Shown: positions 47,914 through 62,400 of the stretch, one piece after another
Layout of the letters: every line of letters begins with the position of its first letter
Numbering within the stretch: position 1 is the first letter of the stretch
Origin: Gordius albopunctatus
Lineage: Eukaryota
Assembly (NCBI GenBank): GCA_964276515.1
Contig: OZ193909.1
Coordinates: 372,001-436,000, forward strand
DNA: 64,000 nt
Direction: 5' to 3'
The notes under the pieces: generated by a model
Database searches by the model: none
What the model was told of the DNA's origin: nothing
Seen by the model: only the letters and a program-made list of their open reading frames with translations
Made by a program: the position numbers and the translations under genes

Positions 47914-50900
47914 CAGAAGTTTATTATTAGCTTCTTAAGGTTTAAATAATAGAAATCAAAAACATTCTGATAAAACCTTATATTTCAAACCATCTCTGAA
48001 CAATTTAATTTTAATAAATAGTTATTAATTTGGATACCGGTATAATTTTATAATTTAAAAGATGCAATACAAAAAATTTATTTCCTGATATCGAAAATGG
48101 CAAAATAAAATGGCTGTTAATGAGTTTTGAAATATATAACATAAATTTAATTTACTTTATACCATTTAGAAAATTGTAGTAGCTAATGCAAATTATATTT
48201 AACCGTATATATTAATTCAGATACGGAAACCAGATTAATAAATGGCAAATACAATTTCAATTCCTTTGCAGCTGGCTAGGCGCTTCTTGAGAATGATACC
48301 TGTGATGCTTCTAATTTATATTTATTTTTATATACCGTGCCGTCTCTATCTTTATAATGTTAAAAAATATGCATGAAATCTCTTAAAATCTATGAACAAG
48401 GATATATACAACATTAAAAGTATATATAATAAATATTAGAATGGATTTATATATTAGATATATATGCACGAGTATCGTGCACAGAAAGGGGGAAATTATT
48501 GGCTAGATCAAAATTAAACCTAGCAATTATGTCTTTATTTTTTGCTTTGAACCGTGTAGAATCTTTAAAAGGTAGTTCCTATGCATACGGCGACAAATTT
48601 AATTCCGGTTCTTTATTTATACATGTATATAATACCAACTCTTTTGTCGAACCTAAGCGTTGAAAAGGGCCTATCCAATTGAATACTAGGAACTAAAGCT
48701 AATTTAAACTGAGAAAAAGAAAAGTCAATCAAATATCAATAATCATGAATTTTTATCAAAGGAGTCAAAGCCATGCCATGAGACTAATTGCTTACTTCTT
48801 TAAAAGTTAGTTGTAATTAAACATTACCCTTTAGACTTAGAAATACACAAAACATCTATCCCAAAAATAGCTACCTTAGTGTCTCAGCGTTTTCTAAGTA
48901 AAACATCCTAAGTTCCGTTGTAAAAATTAATTAACCAATGAAATCGTGAATCTCCTTCGTAGTTGAGTTAGCTCGATCAAGTATTTAAGAAAGAGCCTGG
49001 TTATGTGACCCGGTAGCCAATTTCCTTTGAAACTTATTAAAACTTATCACCACACTAACATACGACCGTAAAGAAATTTTTTACACCAAGAAGAAAATCT
49101 ATAGAAATTGTAAAATCTCACTCGATTTCTGTCCAATACTCTATGCTCGCCCCTAAATTCAATATATTTTAGCATGTTTTTTTATAATGATTTAGATTTT
49201 TCTAAGAAATATTATAGTTCATAAATGTTACTGGTGGCGGATTATTATCTAAGTTTTTAACACTTGCTATTTCGTGCCAACATTAGCCAAGAGTAAGATG
49301 GAGGTACCTAGGATGGGATTAGAGAAAAGTTATAGTTTTATGATTTTTCAAGGATAGAGAAGCGGTGAGATGATCAAATTTTTCTCATTTGATCACCTAT
49401 CTGCATTTTAAGAAATAATATATTATTAAATCGAAAAAAGTTGTGAAGTTTCTTAATAATAATTTAACACCCAATGGAAGTAGTTAAAATCTGCGCCAAG
49501 GTTATTTCAAGCCATCTCGTCTCGTTATAAAATTATTTGGTCGCACAAAAATTCATAATTGTCTAAATTCTAAAACTTTCATTGATATATAAAGACCTGC
49601 TTGTAACATAAAACTTTTAATACTTATATATAAATACGTTTTTGGAGATTTTTTATTCGATTTGGAGATAACGATGTTAAACATCACGAATTTCAAGTTT
49701 TTTGAAGGGGTGAAATTTTGATATTTCTAAGGTGATCCAACACGTTTACTTGAATGGGTAAAGTTAGAAATAGTTACAAGACTAATTTAAAATAAATTTA
49801 AACTAACCATTTCTGAATTAATCTGTTGCTTAGCTTTCATAACGTTTAGTTAATTAAATTAATTCTTTGAGTAATGTTTCCCTAACTTTAATGTTTTTTT
49901 ATTCCCGAGATCCGTTACTGCTTACTACCGCAGCGTTGCATTTTTAATCAAATTAAGAATGGGTTTCTTCCTTTGTTTCTCAAGCAATCATGTTGGGGAG
50001 CGGGTTCAAGTAAAGTATCTTCGTCAAAAGACTCCCTTTTGTAAACGCTTTATATAGTTGAGAAGCCTTTAAAAAGTTGACCTTTAGAATACTAATTTTA
50101 GAGCATACTTTAACACTAAAATAAGAAAACTATCTTATAAACTTTATAGAGGTATGATAAAAAATATTGTATATATACTAAGATTTTCCATAAATATAAA
50201 TTATATCAAGATACAACATTGTGCTTTTCATTTTGGGTAACGAACCAAGACTAATCAAAATGTTAATTGATGTGTTAATAACAAATTATCAATAATGAGA
50301 AAACACAAAATTAATCCTATCATTGCATCTCTGCTCTCTATGGCAATTAAAAAAGCAGAAAAAAATAAGTTATGATGACAAACAATAAAATGCTGGAATG
50401 TGTTATCAAATTAATTACATGGCATTAATTACTAATCTATTATAATAAACTTTCATTAAATATGTGTCAAAATGTGTAATCATTTATGTGACGCTAAAAT
50501 ATGTTGTATAATATATTTATTTAGAGATAACTTTCGTCCAAAAAGAATAGTACTTTCATATAAATAATATGATACATATTACATATCTAATAAACCAGAA
50601 CGAGTGATTGTCAAAGTTAATTAATCTTTTATGGCAAGTTTGATATCTCACTAGATTGTGATTTCATAAACTCATGCACCTATTTAATGTGTACATCTTA
50701 GCAAGAAATTAAGCCCGATGTTACTTATCATTGAATCGTGCTTTTGCATAATCAAAGAAATGTTTCAAACACTACATCGTAATAACAATTGACATGTTAA
50801 ACACTGCTTATAAGTGCTTGACGTTTTATAAGAGTCATTTTATAATTCTAAATATATTCCTGAGCTGTGTATTTAATTATTTTAGCTAGGAGGTGCTAAA

Positions 50901-53776
50901 AGTTCTTTTTAGTTAAGAACCTTAAATTATGTATTGTGTGCTACGCTTTATATTCGTTTACCACTAAAACTACAACAATCCTTTGTTAGATGCTATACAG
51001 TAAATTGATAAGAAGATTGTAATTTGTAAAGCGTCATGACTCTAGCTTGAACTTCTAATTTGCTTTGGATGACTTTAGAAGAGTGCTGTCTAGCTGATCA
51101 GTTGAATAGTTTTGCACCTTATAAAGATAAGATAAATTGATTTTATATTAAAAAGTGTATATATTTTAGTATAATTTTGAGAAGTTAAGTGTAAAAGAAA
51201 TGTTAATAGCTTATGTACTATATGGAGTTGCTCAGTAAATTTTTACATTTGTCTGCTAAAAAATCTATTAAGAATCGCTTTAAAAATTGCGTGGATGTAG
51301 GAAGATAAATTAATTAGATCCTATAAGGATCCAAGATTGCATAAGTATCTTTAATATAAGGCTAAGAGGTCTGGGAATATATTTGAAATTCATGTTGAGC
51401 CATAAATTTTCAGACCTTGAGAATCCTCTAAGAATTAAAAGTTTTTAAATTTTTAGGCGAAATAGGATTTAAGTCAAAGGTGTTTAAAAAGCGACTCCCC
51501 ATTTTCCCTTCCCTGCCGCTGTGCATGCTTAACTAAATAAAATTCAGTTTAGTAATGGGTTAATAATAAAAACTTATTCCTGCTGTTTACGGCGATAAAT
51601 TGATATAAATAGTTGGTATATATAATGTAATATTTAAGGTTAGCTTGCTTCAATTCATTATACCCTGCAAATAGCTTTTTAATATATCAAATCATGGTAA
51701 TTGTAAAGTTATCTTAGCAAAAAATAGATTATTAACACTTAGGCCTCATGGGCTCAGCAAGTGTTAAGCCTGGCCATAATTTGGAGAGGAGCAAAGCAAG
51801 AAATTTTACAGTCAATATGTGTGGTAATTATGTTATTTAAAACAAAGTAATTTATGGTGATTCTTTTGCTACAACAACTATATCCATTTTTATACACTAA
51901 CGGGGGGTTATTAACGATATTTACATTTTAATTAAGAGTCTGTTATCATCGTTTTGAATTTTATGACACATTATAATTGCTTAAAGGTGTAACAACCCAA
52001 AGAATTTTGCCGCATCATGGCCTTCAAGTTTTTTAATATTGGGATGGGAAGGCTTAAACAAATATTCTTTGAAAAATGTTTCCACCTCGCGTCTAAAAAT
52101 GTTTCAACATTCTAAGTTTTTTATTTTGTTGTTAAATATTATAATTAAGTTTAACACAACTTATAATTCCACGAATTAAAGAAAAGGTGGAATATTGGCG
52201 ATCAACAATTTATGTTACAATGGCATCATCATATTCATATCATGAGTTTATCCAGGGGTGGCAAAAAGGGTCAGATGCCCCCTTTCGCCTAAATTCAAAA
52301 AATGTAATAAGTTTAAAAAATTGAAGTAAAAATTAAAAAAAAATCAAGATCTAGCCTTTTGAAATTGATTATTATCAGCGTAATCTGGATAGATTTTTAA
52401 TTGTTTTTTAAAATAAACCAAAATTAATTTATTTTATATACATTATTTAAGAAGTTATTTATATTAACCATAAAATATTGTATAATAAAAATAATTTACT
52501 AACAGATTCTTAATAAACATAATTTTTTTAATATATTTTGCGATATTATAAGCTATATGATGGGAAATAATTAATTTTTACTTATACGTTACTTAAAAAA
52601 GTAAAAAGAATATATTTTTCCATGGATTGTCTTAGTTGCTAAGTCTACGACATCAAAACTAATTAACTCGTTATGATTAACTATTTGATATAATTAAAAA
52701 ATATTATAATTAGAAAGTAATAACAATGATTGTACACAACATGTCGACGACAAAGAATTAATTTATTTGGTCCGCTAAAAATCAAATTGTATTAATTTTT
52801 TGTATTCTTTGCCCTTTCTTTGTGTGTCCGATGTTTAATGAAGAAAACTAGAATAAAATACCACACATATAACAGCAGTTGGTTTCTATAGTAAAATTAA
52901 TCAATAATAATATATAAGATATATAGTCTACGTGATCTTTGGATGCTTCGACTTTTTGCAACATAATAAAGTTAGTAGGATTCGCAATAATTATATATAA
53001 TGTGTATGATCACAAAGGAAATTGATTCGCTATTAACTAAGGGTTTGAAACTAATAACTTGTGTCTATTAAATGAAATATTGGTTTAAACACCGCATTTA
53101 ATATGTCATTATATAGATTAGTTTTAAAAATGTTTTAAAAATGTCACAAATCTAATCTGTTTCACAACGTTCAAATTTAAAGCTCGCGGTGAGTTATTGC
53201 TTTAAATTACAATATCGTGCAAATGGAAAGGTCACTATTTAGCTATGAAATAATTTAAGGACGTTTCTTTATCTTAACTAGCAATCTACACTATTCTCTA
53301 TGACGATCTCTAAATTTGAAAAAAATAAGTCTTATCTTGAATATATTTAAATTTATTTATATGGAAGAAATGGGGAAAATGGTTTTGGACGTTATTGCCA
53401 CGTAATTATTCATAGATTTATAAATACTTACTGCCTGCTACTTGACTTTTCGGAGTCTAATTAATGAATTAGTAAAAATTTTGTGTCATAAAAACAAAAA
53501 ATGTAATTAAACTAAGTATTATTACAACAGGAGTAATATTTTTTATCGCGACATGATGAACGATCGCTGCCTAAGTATTTATGGCCCGGGCCGGACCTGA
53601 TTTTTTCCCCATTTTAAATTCCGGGCTCGGTTCGGGCCTTAAAAAATCAATTTTACAGGTCTCTACTTACGAACCATCCTTACAAAATCATAAAATTTGG
53701 CTTGAAAAGTTTATAGTGGTCCCGATTTTTTAAAATTTAATATATTTCTAGCAATTTTAAGCTGGGTAGTTCTTAC

Positions 53777-55031
53777 TACAGACCTGCAACGGGCCTGTTT
53801 AGGTCAATCGGCCCGCCCGTAATAAAAATTTAAAAGCCCGGGCCGGGCCCGACCCGTAAGCCCGGCCAAGCCCGTAAAATCTTTTTATTTTAATTTTCGA
53901 TATGGTAAACAATTTTTACGTGCTAAAAATGTTAATAAAAATATTTTATGAATAATAAATTAATAATTCCCGATCAGACGAGATCTTACATCGTTTAAGA
54001 CGTGAGCTACAGGAAAAAAATTCTTTTACAAGGCACTTCTGTATACATAAAACTAGATAAGCCAAATACAGCTTTAAAACCAGAGCTGTCTGTTATGTGA
54101 CAAGTTCCTTTTCTTTAGAAAAGTAATTGTAATCAGTTACTTTTAGTTCAGAGGAACTGTAACTGTAGTTAGTTACTTTAATTCAGTAACTATTAAACTA
54201 GAGTTACTGTTACTTTTTATAAAATTCAAAAATCATTGATTTTTCATCGCTTTAAATTTAAATTTCGTTTGCGAATTAAATTTAAATACTATTTCGAATA
54301 GAAAGTCCATCCTATTAAAATATTACAAGTATCATAATAATACTATAAAAAATTAATTTTTGTAACTGTAATTAGTTACATTTTTTGAAAGTAATTGAAA
54401 CTTAAATAATTGTAGAAAAGTAACTTTAACAGCTTTATTTAAAATCCTTATTTAAGGTTATAATGTTTTTAATAAAGTTACGTAGCTTCTTTTAATTATG
54501 AATTTTTAGGTTATTGATGAAAATGAAAAAAACAATGATATTTTACAAAAGTAATCTGAAGAAATAAATTTTAAAATTTGTTAATGAGTATATATATATA
54601 AATAATCTTACATAATGTTAATTCACTCAATAAGGGTATAAATGGGGAGGAAAGGATGGGCAGCTGCCCCCCCCCACCTCCAAATCCAAAAATTCTTCAT
54701 CTAACAAATAATTTGTGCCCTACCTAAACTGCCACCCTCTTATTTATATCGGCTACACCCATGCTATTACCTGTAATTAATATATCTCTTTAGTTGAGAT
54801 GTAAATGAATTAGTGAACTAAAGAGATGGAAATAAAATTTAACTTTCCTTGACGTAAAATAATTATAAATTAAAACATTATAAAAACACCTCATTTTATA
54901 CGAAATCTATTTGATTTTGTAACGGGCTTTCAACGGGCTTTAAGTCGATCTAGGCCTTCCCCGAGCCCGTTGTTTTATTTTTAAGAGGAAGCCCGTGGTC
55001 CGCGGGCCGGGCCGGGCCGTGCAGGTCTCTA
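53777..55031. mobile_element. hAT-type non-autonomous element with GGGCC/CCCG subterminal repeats
   Basis: TIRs TACAGACCTGCA / TGCAGGTCTCTA and a perfect 8-bp TSD GTTCTTAC (53769-53776, 55032-55039). A related end fragment lies at 53583-53665. Confidence 0.88.
54081..54437. mobile_element. Nested hAT-type MITE with GTAAC/GTTAC subterminal motifs
   Basis: Termini CAGAGCTGT / ACAGCTTTA with TSD TTTAAAAC / TTTAAAAT. Confidence 0.6.
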
Positions 55032-55921
55032 GTTCTTACTTTTCCCTTTCAGGAAAACTCTGTGACAATTTATTTTTTATAAATTATGTTCTGAATAATA
55101 GTAGTCTTTTAAATTATACTTTGAAAGACTAAATTATAGATAAATGTGCCGTTACCACATAGCTGTTCAGAAATGAAAATATTTTCTAATTTTTATAAGG
55201 GTATGATATCATTAGGAGATGGTGTAAAAGTTTATGGTTATACAAAGCTAACCAGAATTTTGATTTAGATCACGTCAGACCCGTTAGCATATGAATGAAC
55301 CAGAGGAATATAAACATTAGATTCTTCTACAGAGTATTTTATGTCATGGTTATGCGTTTATTTTGTAGAAGAAACGCAAAGTTACATTTAAGACTCAGTC
55401 ACACATCTTTACGGCTTATGCTAAACTTTACCATATGCTCTTAAATAATTACATATATGTTTTTTATTCAATATGATACAAAAAGCTTTTCAGTGTAAAT
55501 AATATTATTGGATGAACTTATTTGGGTTGCATATGTATGGCGTTATTAATATTTTATGTTTTAGTCAATTATTCATATGACATCTGGTAAATTAAAAATC
55601 CTTAGGCATACAATTGACTAATATATACCATTCTTTAGAAGAGCATAAGGCTCTATTAAGAATCAGCCTAAACTAGTAAATTAAAGTAAGTATTGAGACT
55701 TTTTGTGGATATGTATGAGTTTATTCGACTGTAATGTTGATACACTTAAATAGGAGGTCATATAATTAATCCATATATCAGTGAATAAAATGATAAATAA
55801 ATAATGGAATTACATAAAATACGGTGGAGCGTTTAAATTAAAACACACGCGGGCATATTATGCAAAGGGGAAAAGAATATGTTTGAGCCTTTCGTTTATT
55901 ATATTGTTGGTAACTTTTAAT

Positions 55922-57688
55922 CTAAACATCAAAAACTCTGTCTTCGTCATCGTAGGTTATGGCGTTCAATTTAGGTCGTGGCGGAAGAATGACACATTTT
56001 TTATCAATTGATTCTGAGCTGCTATCCTTAACATCTAAGGGTTTGGTTTTCGTGGTTTTAGATGCTAAATCAGCTGATTGACGAGTAGGTGTTTCCTCAC
56101 ATTCGGCAGACGGGTTTACCACGTATTCGGAGGAACGCTCGATCAAACTTAAATCCGCAATCTCTTCGTCGAGATCGTCTTGGAAGCGGGTGGCCATTTT
56201 GGGAGTCAGATAATTTCTATCATGTGACTTTAGGTAGTTTAACTTGAGCTTTGAATTTGAACTGGATTGAGTACACAGGAACGATTTTTTTTCGAATGAT
56301 GGTTCTTTTAAGTTACATTCATTCCTTAAGTTTTGAGGGCCTGGTCTTTGGTTGGTGCCGCCATTTAGGTTGCGCCCGAAAAGGACTGTAAAGAGTGGAA
56401 TCTTACCAAGGATTTGACAAAAGGCTTTTCTGTAATTGTCGGACAAAAAGGCGTACAAGATGGGGTTTATGCATGAATTCATGTAAGCCAAGCATTGTGC
56501 CGATATCTGAATGACGATGAAGACTAAGCTTTCGGGATAGTAGCCAAAATGTATGATGAGAAATATGACGTTGTTAGGGAGCCAACAAAGAGCGAAAGTA
56601 ACTACCACTATTGTGACCATGCGGGTAACTTTGCGCTTAGACTTTATGCTTTCTGCCGAGCGCTTAGTCCGCACTTTGGTCGTCCTCCTAGTCGCAGGTT
56701 GTTTGTGAGTGAAGATTCGGTCTAGACCATTACTAGCTACTCCCAGTTCACAAGAGGTGGGAGGAGGCTGGTCTTTAAATTCCTTACCAACTCCTCCCGT
56801 TCTCCACAACCTCTTGAGCAAGCCCAAATATAGAACTACTATTAGTGTGAGCGGCAAAACGTAAGCGAGTACAAAAAAGAGGGCGTATAAGATGCGTGCT
56901 CCTTTGGTATACTCTTGTCCATCGACCGCTATAGCGCAAACAAATTTTCCCGAGGCGTAAGCATAGGGTATGGAATGATATAGGTAAAGAATAGGACTGT
57001 TGATGCCAAGAACCACGACCCAAGTTATGAGTGCGGCACGCCAAGTATTACGTGGAACTCGTATCGAAATCGATTCCACCGGGTACACTACAGCTAAGTA
57101 GCGATCTAAGCTCATGAGCACAAGCGTGTAGACGCTGGCGTAGGCGCACACATTTATCATGAATTGGTAGAGCTTACAAGCGGCAGTTCCGAAAGGCCAA
57201 CTGAACAGCGAGTATACGATAGCGGTAAAGGGCACGCAGACTATGATAAAACTTAGATCTGCAACGGCTAAGTTGAGGATTAGTATGTTGGTGACGCTTT
57301 GCATCTTAGCGTTAGACAAGATGATATAAATTATCAAGCTGTTACCCACGACCCCGATGAATACTATGAGCCCGAAAGCGCATGGTACTATGATGGAGAC
57401 CACAGTTTGAACGTAAGGTATCCCTGACGCTTCCTCATCAAGTGAAACCGTAGGCGTAATTGAAGATGCTTCTACTGATAGTGATGATGCTAATGATTCT
57501 CGAGTCATGGGATTAGCGTCTTTTAGAACGCTCAAAACGGAATTCGAGCTCGAGGAGAGCCACGAAAAAGTTTGAAAAGATGTCGTGGAGTTTGTTTGAT
57601 AGTTAAGAGCTTCGAGCGTTAAAGCGGCCCGACATAAATATGGGATGAGAAGGAACGTCCAAAACCGATGCCTATAAATTGGTGGCAT
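55922..57688 (-). CDS. Allatostatin-A receptor-like GPCR (galanin/AstA-R family)
   Basis: MQSVTNILILNLAVADLSFIIVCVPFTA, WPFGTAACK, YASVYTLVLMSLDRYLAVVYP, KRKVTRMV..FALCWLP and LAYMNSCINPILYAFLSDNYRKAF. The first ATG is at 57688, followed by a hydrophobic leader; a likely splice acceptor lies near 57769. Confidence 0.92.
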   Translation of the reverse strand: MPPIYRHRFWTFLLIPYLCRAALTLEALNYQTNSTTSFQTFSWLSSSSNSVLSVLKDANPMTRESLASSLSVEASSITPTVSLDEEASGIPYVQTVVSIIVPCAFGLIVFIGVVGNSLIIYIILSNAKMQSVTNILILNLAVADLSFIIVCVPFTAIVYSLFSWPFGTAACKLYQFMINVCAYASVYTLVLMSLDRYLAVVYPVESISIRVPRNTWRAALITWVVVLGINSPILYLYHSIPYAYASGKFVCAIAVDGQEYTKGARILYALFFVLAYVLPLTLIVVLYLGLLKRLWRTGGVGKEFKDQPPPTSCELGVASNGLDRIFTHKQPATRRTTKVRTKRSAESIKSKRKVTRMVTIVVVTFALCWLPNNVIFLIIHFGYYPESLVFIVIQISAQCLAYMNSCINPILYAFLSDNYRKAFCQILGKIPLFTVLFGRNLNGGTNQRPGPQNLRNECNLKEPSFEKKSFLCTQSSSNSKLKLNYLKSHDRNYLTPKMATRFQDDLDEEIADLSLIERSSEYVVNPSAECEETPTRQSADLASKTTKTKPLDVKDSSSESIDKKCVILPPRPKLNAITYDDEDRVFDV

Positions 57689-59178
57689 GAGCGTGCTTGA
57701 GCTAGCAGTTAAATTCAAGATGGAATTCGATAAACGATATCACCAGCAAAAATAATTATTTCCACTACCTAAAAATGCAATAAATAATTCATTAATTATT
57801 AATCAGTGAAAGCGGACTATTTGGGTCGCAAAATTGTCAATTCGTCTTCTATATATACTATAGGACTTTAATTAAAAAATTTTACGCTTTATTTACTTTC
57901 AATCGTATCGACCTTTAATATAAAATGTAGTTATTTCTTATACTTGATCATTAGGGAATTAAAGTGAGCAAGAAAGGGGGGGGGGCGTGCCATATATTAA
58001 ATTCCTTTTTAAAATATTATGTCATCAAGTCGCGCGACATTTAACATAATAATAAGGAATATTAAAACAAAGTATAAATTATAATAATCACTGCTCGTCT
58101 TATCATCGACAAATTTTTTTATATAATCTGTAATTCCTTATATACCACCTATATTATAACTTAAAATTTAATCGATTTTTTATGAGGCAACCCCAACCGC
58201 CTCGTTTAAGGATCAGGTAAGATGAGGGACTGGATAATCAATTTTAAAGAGGAAAAGGCAAACGTGATCTTTCAAAAAATGAATTATTTTTGTATTGATT
58301 CTTAAACGTTTTAGATCTGGATAAAATTTAAAAAAATATTCAGAAAACTAAAATTGTATAACAATCAATCGATTGTTGTATTTAAATTTAATTATTGGAG
58401 TAGGCAGACTATAACAATGATTCATCTCTAATCAGTGCCTCAATGATCTTTTTAGGTGTCATAACATTTAAATTTCGATGCAGGAAGTAATTAGACAGGA
58501 TGGTAAAACAATTTTTTCAATTTTATTTTCATAATTTAATTGAATAAAACAAATATATTTACCATAAAAATAAGAAAATTCTAGTTTGGCATCATAATAT
58601 TAAAAAAGTCTTTTCATAAAAATTCATATTAAATTAACAAGATCACGCAACTCGATATGTGAGGTATAATATATTATTATCATGTTGACGAATGTCAAAA
58701 ATGACATCTACATTAAGGACTGTATTTAATTTGAAATGACATTTTTTTACAATTAATTTAATAATATTCAAAATATAGATTTACTCATTTTTTGCCTTTG
58801 CTTCTGTTAATTAATATAAAATAAAAGTAAATGTCAAATAAATTAAAATATTTTTTTATAATAAAAATAAATTAAAAAAATAAAATATTAATTTAATTTT
58901 TAATAATTTATAATATTACCAGATATAGAATTTTTTATTTATAGGTCCGGTTATTCATAAACAACCGAAGATGTAAAAAATATGAGTAAAGAATATATAT
59001 ATATAATTAATTAATTGATTGAATGGATGAGAATTAATATTTTGGGGAAAAAAGGTTGAATTGGGTCGGTATTTGGCGCCAATTATAGCAATCAATTAAC
59101 GAAAGCGCGCGAAAATGTGCATTTAATCCTACCACTATAACTTCAATTAGGATTAAATACATATTATATGGGACGAGC

Positions 59179-59448
<270 letters not shown>

Positions 59449-62400
59449 GATTACATGAGTATGAATTGTAAGAAAAGATTACATTTTTGCAATATAACAA
59501 TTTTTTTAATTAGTAAATTAATGTTGGGGCATAATATCAAAAATTAATTCAAAAAAATAAAAATAAATTAAAATTTATATACATATAATATATACATATA
59601 TTTGTTTCTTTGTTAAACATTGACCGCCTTTTGTTTCCTCTAGGGATTTCTCTCGGTATTTTCTCTTTGATATTTAATTACTATTTTAACATATCTTACA
59701 TTGTCATAATTAAACGACAAACTTTATGTAATTATAAAGTAATGCCCCCATACCTTTTTACAACACTATTATAAAGTTTTAAGCTATCCAAAATCCACAT
59801 ATTTAAACTTTATTTATTTCAAAAAATTGTTGAATATCTAAAAAAATGATTAAAATTCAATATTTATCAATAAATCCAAATTTTTAATGTTTTTTTATTA
59901 TTCGTGTTGAGTTTTGGATTTAAATCCTTAAAAGTGGATTATATTAATAATAATTAAGATCCACTTGAAAATAAAATTACTTATATGAGATAGACCATGC
60001 GTCATGCGTGCTTAAGCATCGAACTTTGTTATTATGTTATAATAACTAACTTATGGACCAAAAAATATTTTTTCAAAATTGATATCATAATTTAACGAGT
60101 AAAAAACAAAAATTTTCTTTTTTTAGGATTTTTGAAAATTAATTTTAAACAAAAAAACACGTACAAAATCGCAAAAAATCGTAGAAATATTATATTTGTG
60201 ACATTAAGGGATTAAGGTGAGGAGATAATAAGCTTAAAAGCGGCAATAAAGCTTTTCATTAAATATCTATTACCATGGATTATAAAGAGATAATTTTTAA
60301 TAGCCAACGTTTTGCTTACAAATAATTTTTATATTTTAATAAAATATATTTTAAAATTATTTTTTAAATTAACAAAAAAACGTGTTGAAGTATAAAAATT
60401 TTTAGTGAGTCAATAAAAATTTAATGGTATGGAACATTAAAACATTATAGCCCTTTTTACAACTTTTTCCACGCTAGACCACCTTGATTTATGTGTTAAT
60501 TCACAGTATTATATTAATAAAAATTATAGTGATAACAACATAAAATTAAAAATGTGAAAATGGGATTGGACGGGGGGGGGCAAAGTTACCCCCTGTTAAC
60601 TAAGAAGGCTCTACCTAATGGGTACTATTGATTTTTAAATTAGGGAAATTTTCATACAGCTTTTCTTCACCCTTTAATTCCAATTTAAGATGAACCTCGT
60701 ATAAATTTGCTATTTGATAAAAAAAATATTTCCATATTATAAAATCCCTTCGAAAATCATACGTTTTGTATGATAAAAAAACGTAACATTCGATTTTTTA
60801 AAATTAATATTATAAAATTTGAATTAGAAATCTATAACTTTTTGTTAAAATTAAATATTTCATTGAAGTTTTATCTAAAATTAATTTTTAAATTGTAAAA
60901 TTATGAAATATAAAAAATTTGGTTGCATTTATCGATTCATGCTATATTTTTTTAAATAAAGTGATGACATTTTTAACGACATCTATCATCAGTTAAATTT
61001 ATAATATGTATCAAAATTTTTAAATCCCATGGGAAGATATTATTGAATCTTGAAGTGCAAATCAATTTTGACATGAGAAAAAATAAAAAAAATTGTCAAA
61101 ATTGTAGCCCTACATTTTTAAAATTTTCACAAAACTTATGTTGTAAGGTAAAATAATCTATATTATAAAGACTTTTAACTCATAAAAAGTATAGAAATGT
61201 AAAGATTAAATAAATTTTAATAAAATAGTCTTCAATTTTGTGTATTAAAATGGGAAAATTGTTTTTTTTCAACAAAGAGGGCGTTAAAAGAAAGGGCCAA
61301 CTGTCGCCTATAAATTACGAAATGAGCGAAATAAGGGTTAAAACGCAAAAAATTAATTATAGATTCCTGTTTAAATGTTTATCGGATTTTTTAAAAGTAT
61401 TTGATATAAAATCTTGAGCTTTTATATGATAATATTTCTTAGATAATTTTATTTATATACCTCATAAAACATATTATTCAATTAAAGTAAATGTTTATTT
61501 TTAATTTAAATATCAAATTAAAAGCATTTTTTATGTTAACTAAAATAAATAATTGATATTATGTACATATCTTTATTTTATAAAAAAGTCAATTTCGCAA
61601 AAGTTGATTTTATTTACTTGAATGGAACTTGAGAGGATAATATTGAATTTTGTGAATTTACAGATAAAACTATGCTTAAGCCAGAAGTGTTAAATGAATT
61701 TAATCTAAACAGCTTTAAAGGATTATCTTTCTAGAAGATTCGAGAAAAAAAATATTTCTGCAGAGTATAACTCGGAAATGTAAAACTAGCGCAAAATTTA
61801 TAGGCTTCAGTGTAATATTTTAAAAATTCCCAATTTATTTTAAAAAATTAAATTACTTGATTGATTTGATTAGGAATACAAATTATAAAATGGAATTCAA
61901 AACAAAATTTATTTATTTTATTGTTTTATCCAGAAAATTAAAATATGTGCGAAACCTTTTGTAATCGATTCGCTAAAGGCAGCAGCACGTAGGAGAAAAA
62001 AATACAAATGTGGGATTGGAGGTTAGATGGGAAGAACATGGGAAAATAATTAAAAGCGGAAATTGAATTTTTGTCGATTATTTAAGAAAAAATGGGGCTA
62101 ATTTAATTTCGTATTTTAGCGGAGGAAAAATATTTTGGTATTAAATATTAATTATTTCCTCCGCTATTTATATACAGCTTATAATAATTAATAGAGAAGG
62201 CTAAAAAATCAATAAATTTTGGAAATTTTAAACAAAATAGAATAATTGTTTTTAAAAGTAAATATATCAAAAGTTCCGCCTGAATTGAAATATAATTGAA
62301 TTAAATATCTCTCCTTTATCAACCATTTTAAAGCACTTTAAATATCTAAAACTATTATTATAATTTAATTTTTGAAATGTTTGTTATAAAAAAAATCAAA

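Noticed and set aside
47950..53500. Long AT-rich intergenic stretch (likewise 59.5-64 kb)
   Set aside because: No supportable ORFs, exon chains or RNA genes were recognised. It may contain unrecognised decayed TEs or UTR exons.
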